Assembly: GCA_963848295.1 (NCBI GenBank)
Contig: CAWKDB010000010.1
Span: 3,968,001-4,032,000 of the forward strand
Source of the DNA: an uncultured delta proteobacterium
Lineage (GTDB): Bacteria > Myxococcota_A > Polyangia > Haliangiales > Haliangiaceae
Direction: 5' to 3'
Length of the DNA: 64,000 bases
The position numbers were made by a program, and so were the translations under genes. Shown one piece after another: positions 31,524 to 43,589 of the stretch. The notes under the pieces are model-generated. The model did not search any database and was not told the origin of the DNA. It was given only the letters and a program-made list of their open reading frames with translations. Numbering within the stretch: the stretch's first letter is position 1; each line of letters starts with the position of its first letter.

Positions 31524-33071
31524 TCAGTGGTCCCGCGGCGGCAGCGGCGGCTCGTCGCGATAGATCGGACCGTCGACCGCATCGTCGACCGCGTCATCGA
31601 GCTGGTCGATCGGCGCCGACGGTTCGAGCTCGTGGATCGGGGCGGCGGGTGCATCCGGTACGCCGGTGTCACGCGATGGCGTTCGCGCGACGAGGAATTC
31701 GGTCACTATCGACCCGGCGACGACCGCGGTCACGACCCATGCCAGCGCTTCGTCCTTCGCGAGCGCGTCGGTGCTGATCACGAGCGCGATCGACAAGCCC
31801 GACAGCGGCGTGATGAGCTGCCGTTGACCCGCGAACGAGCTCGGCAGCGAGGCACCGACCGCGGTCTTCGCGGCGACCACACCCGCCCACTTGCCGATCG
31901 CGCGGCCCGCGACGAACAACGGCACGAGCACCCAGCCGCGCCAGTCGCGGACATCCCACACCGCGCCGACGATGATCAGGAACAGCAAGTGCACCGGTCG
32001 CTCGAGCTGCGCGAGGATGCGATAGACGTTGTCGCGCTGCTCGTTCGGGAAGTTCGTGATCAACGAGCCGGCCAAGAAGCACACGACGATCGGCGACAAG
32101 TGTAGATATCCGGCGAGGCCGGACGCGAACGCGATGCCACCGAGCATCAGCGCGAGAAATTCGGGATCCGATTGCGGCACGCGCAGCATCGCGAAGATCA
32201 GCACGCCGACCGCGAGCCCCAAGCCGAGCGAGATGAAGATCCAGACGGTGTCCGGCAGCTGCCATGCGGTCGAGGCGTCGTCGCGGAAGTACGCGGTGAT
32301 GAACAGCAGGCCGACGACGCCGACGAGCTCGTCGAGCTGCGCGAGCAACACATCCACGCCGCGGCCCTCGTGCCACGTGCGGTTCGCGAAGCCGCGGAAC
32401 TTGCGCGGCGCGGTCATCGCCGCGGCGGTGCCGAGCAGCACGACGTCGCGCCACACGGCGGGCTGATCCCACGATTGGCCGAACGCCAGGATCACCGCGC
32501 CGCAGCCGGCCGCGGTGACCGCGAACGGGCCGAGCGCCTCGACGAGGATCAGGTACGCGGTGCCTTTCGGGACGCGATCGAGCACGCGGATGTCGAGCTG
32601 GGCGCCGATGATGAAGCCGAGCCAGCCCAGGCCGAAGTGGAGCACCGGGCGCAGCTTGCCGAGGACGTCGCCGGACAAGATGCCGATGTTCGGCAGCGCC
32701 GCGATCATCCCGAGCGCGACGAACGGAAAGCCGGCCGTGATCACGCCGCTGATCCCGAGCCGCTCCTGGAACCGCACGACCCGGCGGTTGCCGCCGAGGA
32801 ACGCGAGCACGAGCAGGGCGATCAGTCCGCCGATGACCTTGATCGCGAAGAGCGAGTCTTCGGTCGTCGTATGCGCCGGCTCGTCACGCGCGCTTGCCCC
32901 GGTCGGGCCCGCGATCGGCACGTTGATGAGCTTCGATGCGGTGACCGCCCGCGGACGCAACGGTAACGGCAGCGCGCTTGCCGGCGCCGGAGCGACCGCC
33001 GAGCCCGATCCCGGCTGGGCCGACGCGACGCCGGCGCCGATCAACACCAGCACGAGGATCACGCGCTTCAC
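31524..33071 (-). CDS. Cation:proton antiporter family membrane protein
   Basis: About 12 TM segments; GLGWLGFIIGAQLD, LSPIVVCFLAG and GRAIGK motifs; N-terminal signal and linker. Confidence 0.7.
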   Translation of the reverse strand: MKRVILVLVLIGAGVASAQPGSGSAVAPAPASALPLPLRPRAVTASKLINVPIAGPTGASARDEPAHTTTEDSLFAIKVIGGLIALLVLAFLGGNRRVVRFQERLGISGVITAGFPFVALGMIAALPNIGILSGDVLGKLRPVLHFGLGWLGFIIGAQLDIRVLDRVPKGTAYLILVEALGPFAVTAAGCGAVILAFGQSWDQPAVWRDVVLLGTAAAMTAPRKFRGFANRTWHEGRGVDVLLAQLDELVGVVGLLFITAYFRDDASTAWQLPDTVWIFISLGLGLAVGVLIFAMLRVPQSDPEFLALMLGGIAFASGLAGYLHLSPIVVCFLAGSLITNFPNEQRDNVYRILAQLERPVHLLFLIIVGAVWDVRDWRGWVLVPLFVAGRAIGKWAGVVAAKTAVGASLPSSFAGQRQLITPLSGLSIALVISTDALAKDEALAWVVTAVVAGSIVTEFLVARTPSRDTGVPDAPAAPIHELEPSAPIDQLDDAVDDAVDGPIYRDEPPLPPRDH

Positions 33072-33529
33072 GGCGGCTCTCCCTCGAGGCGGTCGAACGC
33101 CTTCGCGAACGCCGCGTCTCGCGCGCACGTGCTCAACAGCGGCGCGACCGAGATCGCTTTGGCCGCGGCGTCGAGGTCGGCGTCGTGTGGGGCGAGCGCC
33201 GCGCGGAGTTGCGCGATCTTGTCGTGGCCGGCATGCAGGACTTGCGCGTTCGCGGTGATGACGTCGCCGAACGCGTCGGCGAGCGCGTCGAGGGCGACCG
33301 TCGCCGCCGCACAATCGGCGCTGCTCTCGAGCGCGTGCTGGAGCTGGTGGTAGAGATCGACGGCGCGATTCGCGAGGCGCGGCAGGTCGTCGACGAGCGC
33401 GGGCGGAGGTGCATCGGGGACCGCGGCGTCGACCGGGCTCGGTGGACGCGACGACGTGATCGACGTCGGATGTGCGGCGGGGTGGCCGCAGCCGAGGGCG
33501 ACGATCGCGGCCCAAGCCCTGCGCGACAT
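33068..33529 (-). CDS. Helical lipoprotein
   Basis: VALGC lipobox; stop overlaps the antiporter start. Confidence 0.6.
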   Translation of the reverse strand: MSRRAWAAIVALGCGHPAAHPTSITSSRPPSPVDAAVPDAPPPALVDDLPRLANRAVDLYHQLQHALESSADCAAATVALDALADAFGDVITANAQVLHAGHDKIAQLRAALAPHDADLDAAAKAISVAPLLSTCARDAAFAKAFDRLEGEPP

Positions 33530-33561
33530 CGGGTCATCGTGCCACGCCTAGCCGTGCGGCG

Positions 33562-35454
33562 TCACTGGCACTGGACGTCCGTCACGAGCGCACCGTTCGC
33601 GGCGGGAACGCCGAGAGGAATGGCGAGCACACCACCGGTCACCGTGGTTACCGAGCTCGGCGTCGAGCCGAGGACGATGACGTCATCGATCCCGTCGTTA
33701 TTGATGTCCGCGGTAGCGAGATCGACGAGATCGATCGGGATCGGCGCCGACGCGAGGGTCTCGAGCGGCTGACCGAGGACGGTGCGCGCGTACGACAGCT
33801 CGAGCAGCGTTCCGGCCTTGAGCTTCATCCCCCAGATCGCGTCGGCGGACTGGTCGGTGTCGAACTGGCCGACCGCGATCTTCTCCGGCGCGGTGAACGC
33901 GGGCTCGCTCGCGAGCGGGAGCAGCTCGTCCATGTTGTCGATCGAAGCGATCAAAGACGTGTCGAGCTCGGCGCCTGCAGCGGTCACGTTCGTGACGATC
34001 ATCTCCGAGTCGTCGCCGCCGGTGAAGCCGAGCGTCGCGCCCGCGACCGGCAGCAACAGCGAGCACACCCCGGAGCCGGTCGCGCACGGGTAGAACGCAT
34101 GCGAGGACACCGGCGTGTCCTGGAGGCCCGAGACGAAGTCGACCTCGAACACCGGATCGACCGACGTCGACCCGAGCGAAGGGTCGATCCGCGTCGCGCA
34201 GCCGCCGCCGTCGAGCAGGTTGCTGCCCGCCGGGATCGGGACCTGCGTCACGGTGTCGTCGGTCGCGGCCATCGAGTAGACGCCGGTACCGATGCCATGG
34301 AACACGAGCATCGGCGCCGATGTCCTGCACGCCGGGATGACGATCGCGTCATCGAACACGTTGAACCCGCACGCCGGCTTCTTCGAACATCCCATCAGTT
34401 TGGAGGTGCCGAGCAGCCTCGTCGCGAGGCCATTCTGGTCGACGGCGTAGAGATCGATGTCGGTGCCGGACGTCGGATAGGCCAACGCTGCGACCGGGTG
34501 GGTCGGACCCGTCGCCGCCAGCTTCGCGACGGGATTGCCCGGCGCCGCGGTGATGTTGCCGTCCGGCGCGACGGTGTAGAGGTTGAGATCGTCGAACCCG
34601 GGGTCGGTGTCGGTCTCGATACAGCCGAGCATCGACGTCGTGTCGGTCCGGCCGACCGCGCAGAACCGCGTGACACCGGCGGGCGGCGAGAACGTCGACG
34701 GTGTCGAGTGCGCGTAAGGCGTGATCGCGGTGTACAGCGGCAGCGACTGCGCGGCCCACGCGACTCGAACCTGGACGGCGTAACCGGCGACCGTGGCCGG
34801 CGGGACCGGATGGATCGTCGCGATGCCGTTGCACGTCAGCGTCGGCTCCGTCGGTTGCCAGGCGCCGTCGACGACCTCACCGTCGATCGTCGAGGTCACG
34901 GCGTCGCCGCCGGTCGCCGCGGTCGTGCCGGCCGGGCCGTAGACCGTCCACGTCACCGCGCGTTGATCGATCGAGTCGCCGTTCGCATCGATCGTCGTGA
35001 CGTATCGGCCGAGCGGGTCGGCGGTGCCCGTGCCGGTGTCGATCGGCGCGATCGAGACGGTCGCGGCGGGCAACGTCGTGATCGTGATCTGCGTGTCGCC
35101 CGACACGACATCTTGTTCGGCGCAACCGATCGACACGAGCGCGGTGCCGTTGAAGCCGCGCGCGACGATCACCTTGTGATCCGTGCGAGACAGACCATCG
35201 AGCGAGCCGGTGTTCGGCGCCGGCGGCGAGAGCGTCTCTTCGGCCACCTGGATCGCCGCGAGCTGGGCGGCGTCGAGGTCAGCGAACTCGATGTTCTCGC
35301 AGGTCAGGGTCGCCGATTGGTACACCGAGAGCTCGGTGCTCGACACGACGAGGCTCGCGGGGTGGTCGACCGTGATGCGGAGGGTCGGGTCGGACGCGCA
35401 GGCCGCGAGCACCAGCACCGGGCACCATCTCATCCACAAGATCGTATCACTCAT
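33562..35454 (-). CDS. Large lipoprotein with C-terminal FG-GAP-like repeats
   Basis: LAAC lipobox; GQFDTDQSADA and ADINNDGIDDVIV repeats; start at 35433 or 35454. Confidence 0.65.
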   Translation of the reverse strand: MSDTILWMRWCPVLVLAACASDPTLRITVDHPASLVVSSTELSVYQSATLTCENIEFADLDAAQLAAIQVAEETLSPPAPNTGSLDGLSRTDHKVIVARGFNGTALVSIGCAEQDVVSGDTQITITTLPAATVSIAPIDTGTGTADPLGRYVTTIDANGDSIDQRAVTWTVYGPAGTTAATGGDAVTSTIDGEVVDGAWQPTEPTLTCNGIATIHPVPPATVAGYAVQVRVAWAAQSLPLYTAITPYAHSTPSTFSPPAGVTRFCAVGRTDTTSMLGCIETDTDPGFDDLNLYTVAPDGNITAAPGNPVAKLAATGPTHPVAALAYPTSGTDIDLYAVDQNGLATRLLGTSKLMGCSKKPACGFNVFDDAIVIPACRTSAPMLVFHGIGTGVYSMAATDDTVTQVPIPAGSNLLDGGGCATRIDPSLGSTSVDPVFEVDFVSGLQDTPVSSHAFYPCATGSGVCSLLLPVAGATLGFTGGDDSEMIVTNVTAAGAELDTSLIASIDNMDELLPLASEPAFTAPEKIAVGQFDTDQSADAIWGMKLKAGTLLELSYARTVLGQPLETLASAPIPIDLVDLATADINNDGIDDVIVLGSTPSSVTTVTGGVLAIPLGVPAANGALVTDVQCQ

Positions 35455-35504
35455 CGTTGAGCGCTTCGCTGTGCGCCGGTTCACGTGTCGGTTATTCTCG
35501 CGCG

Positions 35505-36883
35505 GTGACATTCGATCGGCGGACGCTGATCCAGACCGGCTTGGCGATGACGGCCACCCGAGGCCGGACCGCGCCACGCTCTTACAATCTACAAGTCCTG
35601 GGCCAGGACGGAGCGCGCGTCGCGCTCGGCGCACGGCACGATCGTCGTCGGAGCAGGTTCGCGACTTGCGATCTCGTGCTCACCGATCCGCAGGTGTCGC
35701 GGCGTCACGCCGAGCTCGTCCATCACGCCGGATGGAATCAAGCATCAAGGATCTCGGTTCGACGAACGGCACGTGGTGGCAGGGCACGAGGGTCGGCGAG
35801 GTGGTGGTCCCTCCAGGTGCCACCATCAAGTTCGGCGAGACGCCGGTGCGCATCGCTGCTTCCGATGCGCCGTCTCTCCCACCTAGCGACCGCGATCACT
35901 TCGGAGATGTAGCGGGGCAAAGTGTCGCGATGCGCGAGCTGTTCGCGGTGCTCGAGATGGCGGGCCCGTCGGACGCGACCGTGCTGATCGAAGGCGAGTC
36001 CGGCACCGGCAAGGAGCTCGCGTCGCCAACGCGATCCACGACCTCGTCTGCGCGCGCGGCCGGCGCGTTCGTCGTCGTCGATTGCAGCGCGATCGCAGAG
36101 AGCCTGATCGATTCGCACTTGTTCGGTCACGTCCGCGGCGCGTTCACCGGCGCGGATCGCGATCGCAAGGGCGCGTTCGTCGAGGCATCGGGCGGCACGC
36201 TGTTCCTCGACGAGCTCGGCGAGCTGCCGCTGTCGGCCCAGGCCAAGCTCTTACGCGTGCTCGAAGCGCAGACCGTGCAGCCGGTCGGCGCGGATCGCCC
36301 GGTCAAGGTCGATACGCGCGTGGTCGCGGCGACGCATCGCAACCTCGTCGCGGATGGTCGCGGACAAGGAGTTCCGCTTCGACTTGTTCTACCGGCTCGC
36401 GGTGGTGCACGTCGCGCTGCCGCCGCTGCGCGATCGGCTCGAGGACCTGCCGCACCTGGTCGCGACGTTCTATCACCGGCGTGGCCTCGAGCCCGGACCG
36501 ATCGATGGCGACAACCTCGACAAGCTGCGGCGCTACGCGTGGCCGGGCAACGTCCGCGAGCTGCGCAACGCGCTCGAGCGCGCGTGGGCGATGTCGGGGC
36601 CGGGCGCGACATTTCGAGATCTGCAGGATGTGGCTCGATCACGTCGGCGGCGGCACCGCAGATGTCGGAGGTCGTCGACACCTCGCTGCCGTTCAAGGAT
36701 GCGAAGGAGCGCTGGAACGATCAGTTCGAGAGGCGCTACGTCGCGCTGGTGTTTGCGTCGAACGCCAGCAACGTGACCCACGCGGCCGAGCACGCCGGCC
36801 TGTCCCGCCGACACTTTCGCGAGCTGTTGTACAAGCACGGCATCATCGAACGCCCGACCGACGGCAGCGACGCCGAGGGCTGA
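35505..36883 (+). CDS. FHA-domain sigma-54-dependent transcriptional activator (multiple frameshifts)
   Basis: DPQVSRRHA and DLGSTNGT (FHA), GESGTGKE, GAFTGA, LFLDE, FRFDLFYRL, WPGNVREL and a Fis HTH, spread over several frames. Confidence 0.85.
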
Positions 36884-38526
36884 TGATCGCTCGGTTCGGC
36901 GCGTACGAGATCCTGTTCGAGCTCAAGTCCGGCGGCATGGGCGCGGTGTTGCTCGGCCGCCGTCGCGGTCCCGGTGCGTTCGAGCAGCTCGTCGCGATCA
37001 AGACGATCCGCCAAGAGTACGCGAAGGCCGAGGCGGTGCGCGCGATGTTCCTCGACGAGGCGGCGATCCTCGCGCGGCTCGGCCACCCCGGCGTCGCGAC
37101 GGTGCACGACTTCGGCGAGGAGAACGGCGCCTTGTACATGGTGATGGAGTACGTCGCCGGCATTCCGTTCCGCGAGCTGGTCGATATGCGCCCGCCGCCC
37201 GAAGTGTCCGCGCGCGCGATCGCCGAGGCATGTCGCGGCCTGAACGCGGCGCACGAGCTGCGCGATCTCGCCGGCCACGAGCTCGGGCTCGTGCATCGCG
37301 ATATCAGCCCGGACAACTTGATGTTCGGCTTCGACGGCCACGTCAAGGTGATCGACTTCGGCATCGCGCTGGTCAAGAACCGGCAGGCGCCGGTCACCGA
37401 GTTCGGCACGGTCAAGGGCAAGCCGCCGTACATGTCGCCCGAGCAGGTCAAGAACGAGGCGATGGATCGGCGCAGCGACGTGTTCTCGCTCGGGACGGTC
37501 GCGTGGGAGCTGCTCACCGGCCGCGGCTTGTTCGAAGGCGAGACGCTCTACGCGATCGCCTACGCGGTCGACAACCAAGGAGATCGTGCCGCCGTCGCAG
37601 CTCGCCGGCGCACTGCCGAGCGGGCTCGACGCCGCGGTGCTGCACGCGCTCGACCGCGATCCCGGCAAGCGCACGCCGACCGCCGCGGCGTTCGCCGAGG
37701 AGCTCGAGGTCGTGCTCAACGCGCTCGCCGGCGAGACCCTCGAGTCGTGGGCGGATCGCGAGCTCAAGGTCGTGCGCGAGGCGCATCGCGAGTGGCTCGC
37801 GAGCGTCGCGTCCGGTGGGGTGAAGCCGCGGCCGGGGCGGGCGACCGGCTCGCACACCGAGATGGCGCCGATCGGGCTCGCACAGACGGAAGGGCAGGTC
37901 GTCAAGGCAACACCGATCAAACCGGGAGACGTCGACGGTCTCGGCGCGACCGCGCCGCAGACCTCGATCGGCGCAGGCGATGGCGACCTCGATGAATTCG
38001 TACCTCGCCGTCGCCTGGCGCTGCCGCTCGTGCTCGCGCTGTTCGTGTTGCTCGCGGTCGGCGGTGGCATCGCGCTGATGATGCGCGGCAACGACAAGCA
38101 CTCGGTCGTGGACGCCGCCGCCATCGTCGAACGCGCAGCCGATGCGGGCAAGCTCGTCATGCTCGAGAAGGACGCGAGCCCCCCGGTCGATGCCGCGATC
38201 GATGCCGAGGTGGCGCCGGTCGACGCGGTGATCGCGATCGATGCTGGCCACAAGCACCCGCCGAGCCATCGCGATGCGAGCGTGGTCAGGGTCGACGCGG
38301 GTGAGCCGCAAGCGATGGGCAGCGGGTTCCTGTCGATCGTCCCGCGCGATCCTGAGAACGTCGACGACGCGATGCTCGACGGCGAGCTCGTCCGGTTGCC
38401 GTACTACAAGCAGAAGGTGCGCGCCGGTAAGCACGTCGTCAAGTTCGTGCAGCGCGGCGGCGGCCACGTGGTCGACACGCAGAAGGTGACGATCGAAGAC
38501 GGCGCGTCACTCGAGGTCCGCGAGCA

Positions 38527-38530
<4 letters not shown>
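36883..38530 (+). CDS. Membrane Ser/Thr protein kinase (+1 frameshift near 37578)
   Basis: [20 protein letters not shown] and GKPPYMSPE motifs; TM and PEGA-like C-terminus in the second frame; TGATG coupling to the activator. Confidence 0.88.
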
Positions 38531-39390
<860 letters not shown>

Positions 39391-39426
39391 GACCTCCGCT
39401 TACCACGGCGGTGTAGACTGCGCTGT

Positions 39427-41139
39427 ATGAAGCGGGTCCTCTTGGTTTGTGCGATCGCAGCCTGTGCAAACCATCATCCGTCCGGCGACGACACCGCCGG
39501 CGAGACCCTCACGATCAATCCGCCGACGAGCGAGCTGATGATCTTGAACGGCGCCGCCGCGACCGAGGACTTCACCGCGACGTTGACCCACGCTGACGGC
39601 ACGACCGAGGACGTCACCGCGAACACGACGTTCGCGATCGATGCGACCTACGGCGCGTTCTCGGCCGCGACGCTGTCGATGAATGTCGCCGGCAAAGCGC
39701 AAGTCACCGCGACCGCGCAAGGCGTGACCGGGACGGCCGAGGTCATCGCGCGCCTCAAGTCGGTGCGGTTCGGCAGCGGGGTCGATCCCAACGCGCCGAG
39801 CTGGTTCTCGATGCCTGAAGATTCGAGCCACGCGCCGTCGATCGCGTATCCGCCGGTCGGCGTGATCGTGCCGCGCAACCTCGGCGATCTCGATGTCCAC
39901 TGGATCGATGCGTCGAGCGATGACACGTTCGAGATCTCGCTCGTCAGCGAGTTCGCCGATGTCCGCGCGTACGTCCACGGCGGCAACGGCTTGCCGGATG
40001 CGACCGCGTCGTGGATCGAGCTGACCGCGCAAGAGTGGACCGACGCGGCGGGCGCCGACTCCGCGATCACGATCGACGTCCGCGGCGTCAACAGCGCGAA
40101 TCCGGTGACCGTCGGCAGTGCGCCGGCGCAGACGATCACGCTGTCGAACGAGCCGATGCTCGGCGGGCTGTACTACTGGTCGACCGCATCGGCGAGCGGC
40201 GTCTACGGGATCTTTCGCCACGACATGAGCCTGCCGGGGCAGCCGGCGCAGGAATACATGACGACCGATCAGACCGCGGGCCGCTGCGTCGCCTGCCACG
40301 TGCTGTCGAGCGACGGCAAGGAGATGGCGGTGACGTTCGACGGTGGCGGCCAGCCCGCGACGATGGTCGACGTCGCGACCACGACGCAACAGCCGGTCAG
40401 CGCGTCGTGGAACTTCGGCACGTTCACGCCGGACGGCACGCAGTTCCTCTCGGTCGAGGCCGGCGTGCTCGTCGTGCGCGACTACGCGACCCAAGCGGTG
40501 ATCGTGACCGCGGCCTCCGACGGTTGGATCACGCATCCCGACCTGTCGCCCGACGGCACCGAGCTCGTGTACGTCCGCCCGACCGTGACGAACTGCGATT
40601 GGGCGTTCGGCGGCGGCCAGATCTACACGCGCAGCTACGATCAGACGACGCACGCGTTCGGCGTCGAGAATCTGCTCGTCGCCGACGCGAGCAACAACTA
40701 CTACCCGTCGTGGTCGCCCGATGGCCAATGGATCGTGTTCAACAAGTCGAGCGACAACTCGGGGAACGGCGCGTACAACAACCCGAGCGCATCGCTGTGG
40801 GTGATCGCCGCGAACGGGCAGTCGCCCGCGATCGAGCTCGCCGCCGCGAACTCGGCGGGGGCGAACCTGACGAACTCGTGGGGCCGGTGGGCGCCGTTCG
40901 CGCAGACCGTCGGCGCCGGCAGCGAGCCGATCTACTGGATCACGACGTCGTCGAAGCGCGACTTCGGCACGCGGCTCGTCGGCGCCCAGATCCCGCAGAT
41001 CTGGATGACCCCGTTCTTCCCCGGCCGCGCCGCCGCCGGTCAAGATCCGAGCGCGCCGGCGTTCTGGCTGCCGTTCCAGGCGATCGATAGCCGCAACCAC
41101 ATCGCGCAGTGGACGCAGCACGTCGTGACCGTCGAGTAG
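39427..41139 (+). CDS. TolB-like/PD40 beta-propeller lipoprotein with a CxxCH motif
   Basis: IAAC lipobox; CVACH; HPDLSPDG and YPSWSPDG repeats. Confidence 0.75.
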   Translation: MKRVLLVCAIAACANHHPSGDDTAGETLTINPPTSELMILNGAAATEDFTATLTHADGTTEDVTANTTFAIDATYGAFSAATLSMNVAGKAQVTATAQGVTGTAEVIARLKSVRFGSGVDPNAPSWFSMPEDSSHAPSIAYPPVGVIVPRNLGDLDVHWIDASSDDTFEISLVSEFADVRAYVHGGNGLPDATASWIELTAQEWTDAAGADSAITIDVRGVNSANPVTVGSAPAQTITLSNEPMLGGLYYWSTASASGVYGIFRHDMSLPGQPAQEYMTTDQTAGRCVACHVLSSDGKEMAVTFDGGGQPATMVDVATTTQQPVSASWNFGTFTPDGTQFLSVEAGVLVVRDYATQAVIVTAASDGWITHPDLSPDGTELVYVRPTVTNCDWAFGGGQIYTRSYDQTTHAFGVENLLVADASNNYYPSWSPDGQWIVFNKSSDNSGNGAYNNPSASLWVIAANGQSPAIELAAANSAGANLTNSWGRWAPFAQTVGAGSEPIYWITTSSKRDFGTRLVGAQIPQIWMTPFFPGRAAAGQDPSAPAFWLPFQAIDSRNHIAQWTQHVVTVE

Positions 41140-41140
41140 C

Positions 41141-42028
41141 TTACTTCCTGCCGACCGTAGCGCTCGCGTTGAAGGTGTCGGGCGGAGCGAGCGTGGTCTC
41201 GTAGACGGTGACGCCGGTCGCGGCCGCGACGACGCTGCCGGCGATCGCGATCACCCACCACTTGCGATACCACGGCGCCGGCGGATCGTAGCGCAGGGGA
41301 ATCTCGCGCGGCCGATCCGGGTCGGCCCACGCGAGCACTTCGTTGCCGCCGGTGTCGTACGCGCGGAGGTAGACCTCGAGCGATGTCGGCTTCGTGCCGG
41401 TGACCGGCGGCAACACGATGCGCGCCTCGCTACCGGGTGGCTTGAGCAGCACGTCGGCGGCGCGCCACGCGTGGTCGCCCCGCGCGCGCACGAACAGCGT
41501 CGCCCGGCGCAGAAAGTCTTTCGGATCGGCGATGACCCCGACGTCGAGCGGGACCGGATCACCGACGCGTTGGCCGCGTGGCCAGGTGACGTCGAGCGAT
41601 GGCACGATCCGGCTCTTGGCCTCGCGCACCTCCTGGAACACGTCGGTCGCCTTCGCCGACATCTTGTACGACAACAGATGCCCCGGATCGAGCGCGAGCA
41701 TCATGTCGAACGCGGTGCGCGCGTCGGCGGGCTCGTCGACGTACGCGTGGCGGATGCCCTGCTGCTCCCACAGCGTGACGTTCGCGTCGTGATCGAGTGG
41801 GCCGCCGTGCGCCGCGGCATCGAGCTCGGCCTTCGCCTCGTCGTACTTGAAGTCGTCGAGGGCTTTCTTGCCGGCCGCGATCTTCGCGGCGCCGTCTCCG
41901 CGCGGCTTGCACGCGGTCGCCTCCCAGAATTGTCCGGCGGGGCAGGCCGGTCGCAGCGTGACGAGCCGCCCGCCGGTCGCCGCCGCACCACCACAGGCGG
42001 CGAGCAGGACCAACGAGAGCGCTCTCAC
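41141..42028 (-). CDS. TPR-like lipoprotein with a C-terminal anchor
   Basis: LLAAC lipobox; helical repeat; PWYRKWW followed by a TM segment. Confidence 0.65.
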   Translation of the reverse strand: MRALSLVLLAACGGAAATGGRLVTLRPACPAGQFWEATACKPRGDGAAKIAAGKKALDDFKYDEAKAELDAAAHGGPLDHDANVTLWEQQGIRHAYVDEPADARTAFDMMLALDPGHLLSYKMSAKATDVFQEVREAKSRIVPSLDVTWPRGQRVGDPVPLDVGVIADPKDFLRRATLFVRARGDHAWRAADVLLKPPGSEARIVLPPVTGTKPTSLEVYLRAYDTGGNEVLAWADPDRPREIPLRYDPPAPWYRKWWVIAIAGSVVAAATGVTVYETTLAPPDTFNASATVGRK

Positions 42029-42041
42029 CGGGCCGATCGTA

Positions 42042-42774
42042 TCACCGCGGGCACGGGCTCGCGACGATGTTCCAGGTGAACGCGACCGAGCGCAGGACCT
42101 TGACCTGGTCGAGGATCGCCTTGTCGGTATCCGCGGTCCGCGCGCCGAACGGATACGCGAACGCGTTGACCGGGAAGCCCTCGTCGCGCAGCGCGGTGAT
42201 CGACGGCGTGACCTCGTCGTCCATGTAGGCATCGAGACCGTGATCTTCGACATACTCCGGGCCGCGCAGGTGCATCACGGTGTGCGCCTCGATCGCGTGG
42301 CCGGCGTCGGCGAGCGTGTGGAGCTCGGCGTGCTGCGCGTCGGACAGGTCGCGATAGCGGCTAACGAAGAACGTGACGTGCGCACCGTACTGCTCGAACA
42401 GCGGCAGCGTCGCGACCCAGTCGTCGACCGACGTGTCGTCGAATGACAGCGCGAGCCCGGGGCCGGGCTGGGTCGTCGGATCGGCGAGCTGCTCGTAGGT
42501 GTAGAACGACAGCCCGCGCTGCTGCGCGCCGGCGAGCACGTACTCGATCCTCGAATCGGGGATCGTGACGGTCGGATGGTGAGCGTAGAGCTCGGCGACC
42601 TCGCCGTGATCGGCGGCGCGATCGAGCGCGGAGTCGATGCTGGCGTTGCTGTTGTCGGCGTCGGAATCGAGCTCGACGCTGCAGTGCACGGTCCGGTGGT
42701 CCCAGTCGTAAAACGCCCCGTCGACCTGGCCGATGTCGAGCTGACAACCGGTCGCGATCACGACCAGCGCGCAT
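42042..42774 (-). CDS. Polysaccharide deacetylase family protein (start uncertain)
   Basis: LSFDD, TFFV, HTVMH and FAYPFG motifs; in-frame GTG at 42761; the ATG at 42774 is out of frame (possible indel). Confidence 0.75.
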
Positions 42775-42788
42775 GCTAGGGTCGCGCC

Positions 42789-43589
42789 GTGCGATCGGCG
42801 ATCGGAGCCGCGATGTTGCTCGCGGCGAGCGTCGCGCGTACCGCCAGCGCGGGCCCGGCGGACGACGTCGTCAGCCGGCCGCTCACGCTCGAGGCCGGCG
42901 AGCTCGAGGCTCAGCTCGCGCTCGAAGCCGAGCTCGCCGTGCCGCTGTTCCAGCCGCTCGCGATCGCGCCGGACGTGTGGTTCGGCGTTACGCGGCGGCT
43001 GACGCTCGGCATCATCCATAGCGATCCCAGCCTAAACCGAATCCAGGCGAGCGCGAGCTTTTGCGTGAGGCAGAGTGCCCTCGAGTGTGACCGGTTCTAC
43101 GAGGGCAGCGGCGTCGATGCTCGCTACCTCGTGCTCGACGACGGCGCCTTCTCGATCGCGCCGCGCGTCCGCGCGTACGTCCGTGGCATCGATCCGGTCA
43201 AGCCGTCGGCGACGTTCGGCGCGACGCTCAAGTACCACCACCGCCAGTTCGCGATCGAGAGCGATCCGTATCTGCGGTTCTCGCTCGCGAACGCGCAGCT
43301 CGGCAACCGCGGCGGCATCGTCGTTCCGCTGTACCTCGAGTGGCAGCCGGCCTCGTGCTGGCTCGTATTCGCCCAGACCGGCTGGGATGCGGACTACGCG
43401 GTCATCTCCGACGGCTGGCACATTCCGTTCGGGCTCGGCGTGACCTGGCGCGCGACCCGGCAGCTCGATGTCGGCGCGGAGTTCGGGCTCACGACCGCGC
43501 TCGGGCCGCAGAACGACGCGAAGCAGCGCGTCGCGTTCGTCACGGTGGCGTGGCGATCGCGAGCCGGCGCCGCCGGCTCGGGCCGGTAG
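42789..43589 (+). CDS. Exported beta-barrel-like hypothetical protein
   Basis: Signal peptide, RPLTL motif and alternating beta strands. Confidence 0.6.
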   Translation: MRSAIGAAMLLAASVARTASAGPADDVVSRPLTLEAGELEAQLALEAELAVPLFQPLAIAPDVWFGVTRRLTLGIIHSDPSLNRIQASASFCVRQSALECDRFYEGSGVDARYLVLDDGAFSIAPRVRAYVRGIDPVKPSATFGATLKYHHRQFAIESDPYLRFSLANAQLGNRGGIVVPLYLEWQPASCWLVFAQTGWDADYAVISDGWHIPFGLGVTWRATRQLDVGAEFGLTTALGPQNDAKQRVAFVTVAWRSRAGAAGSGR

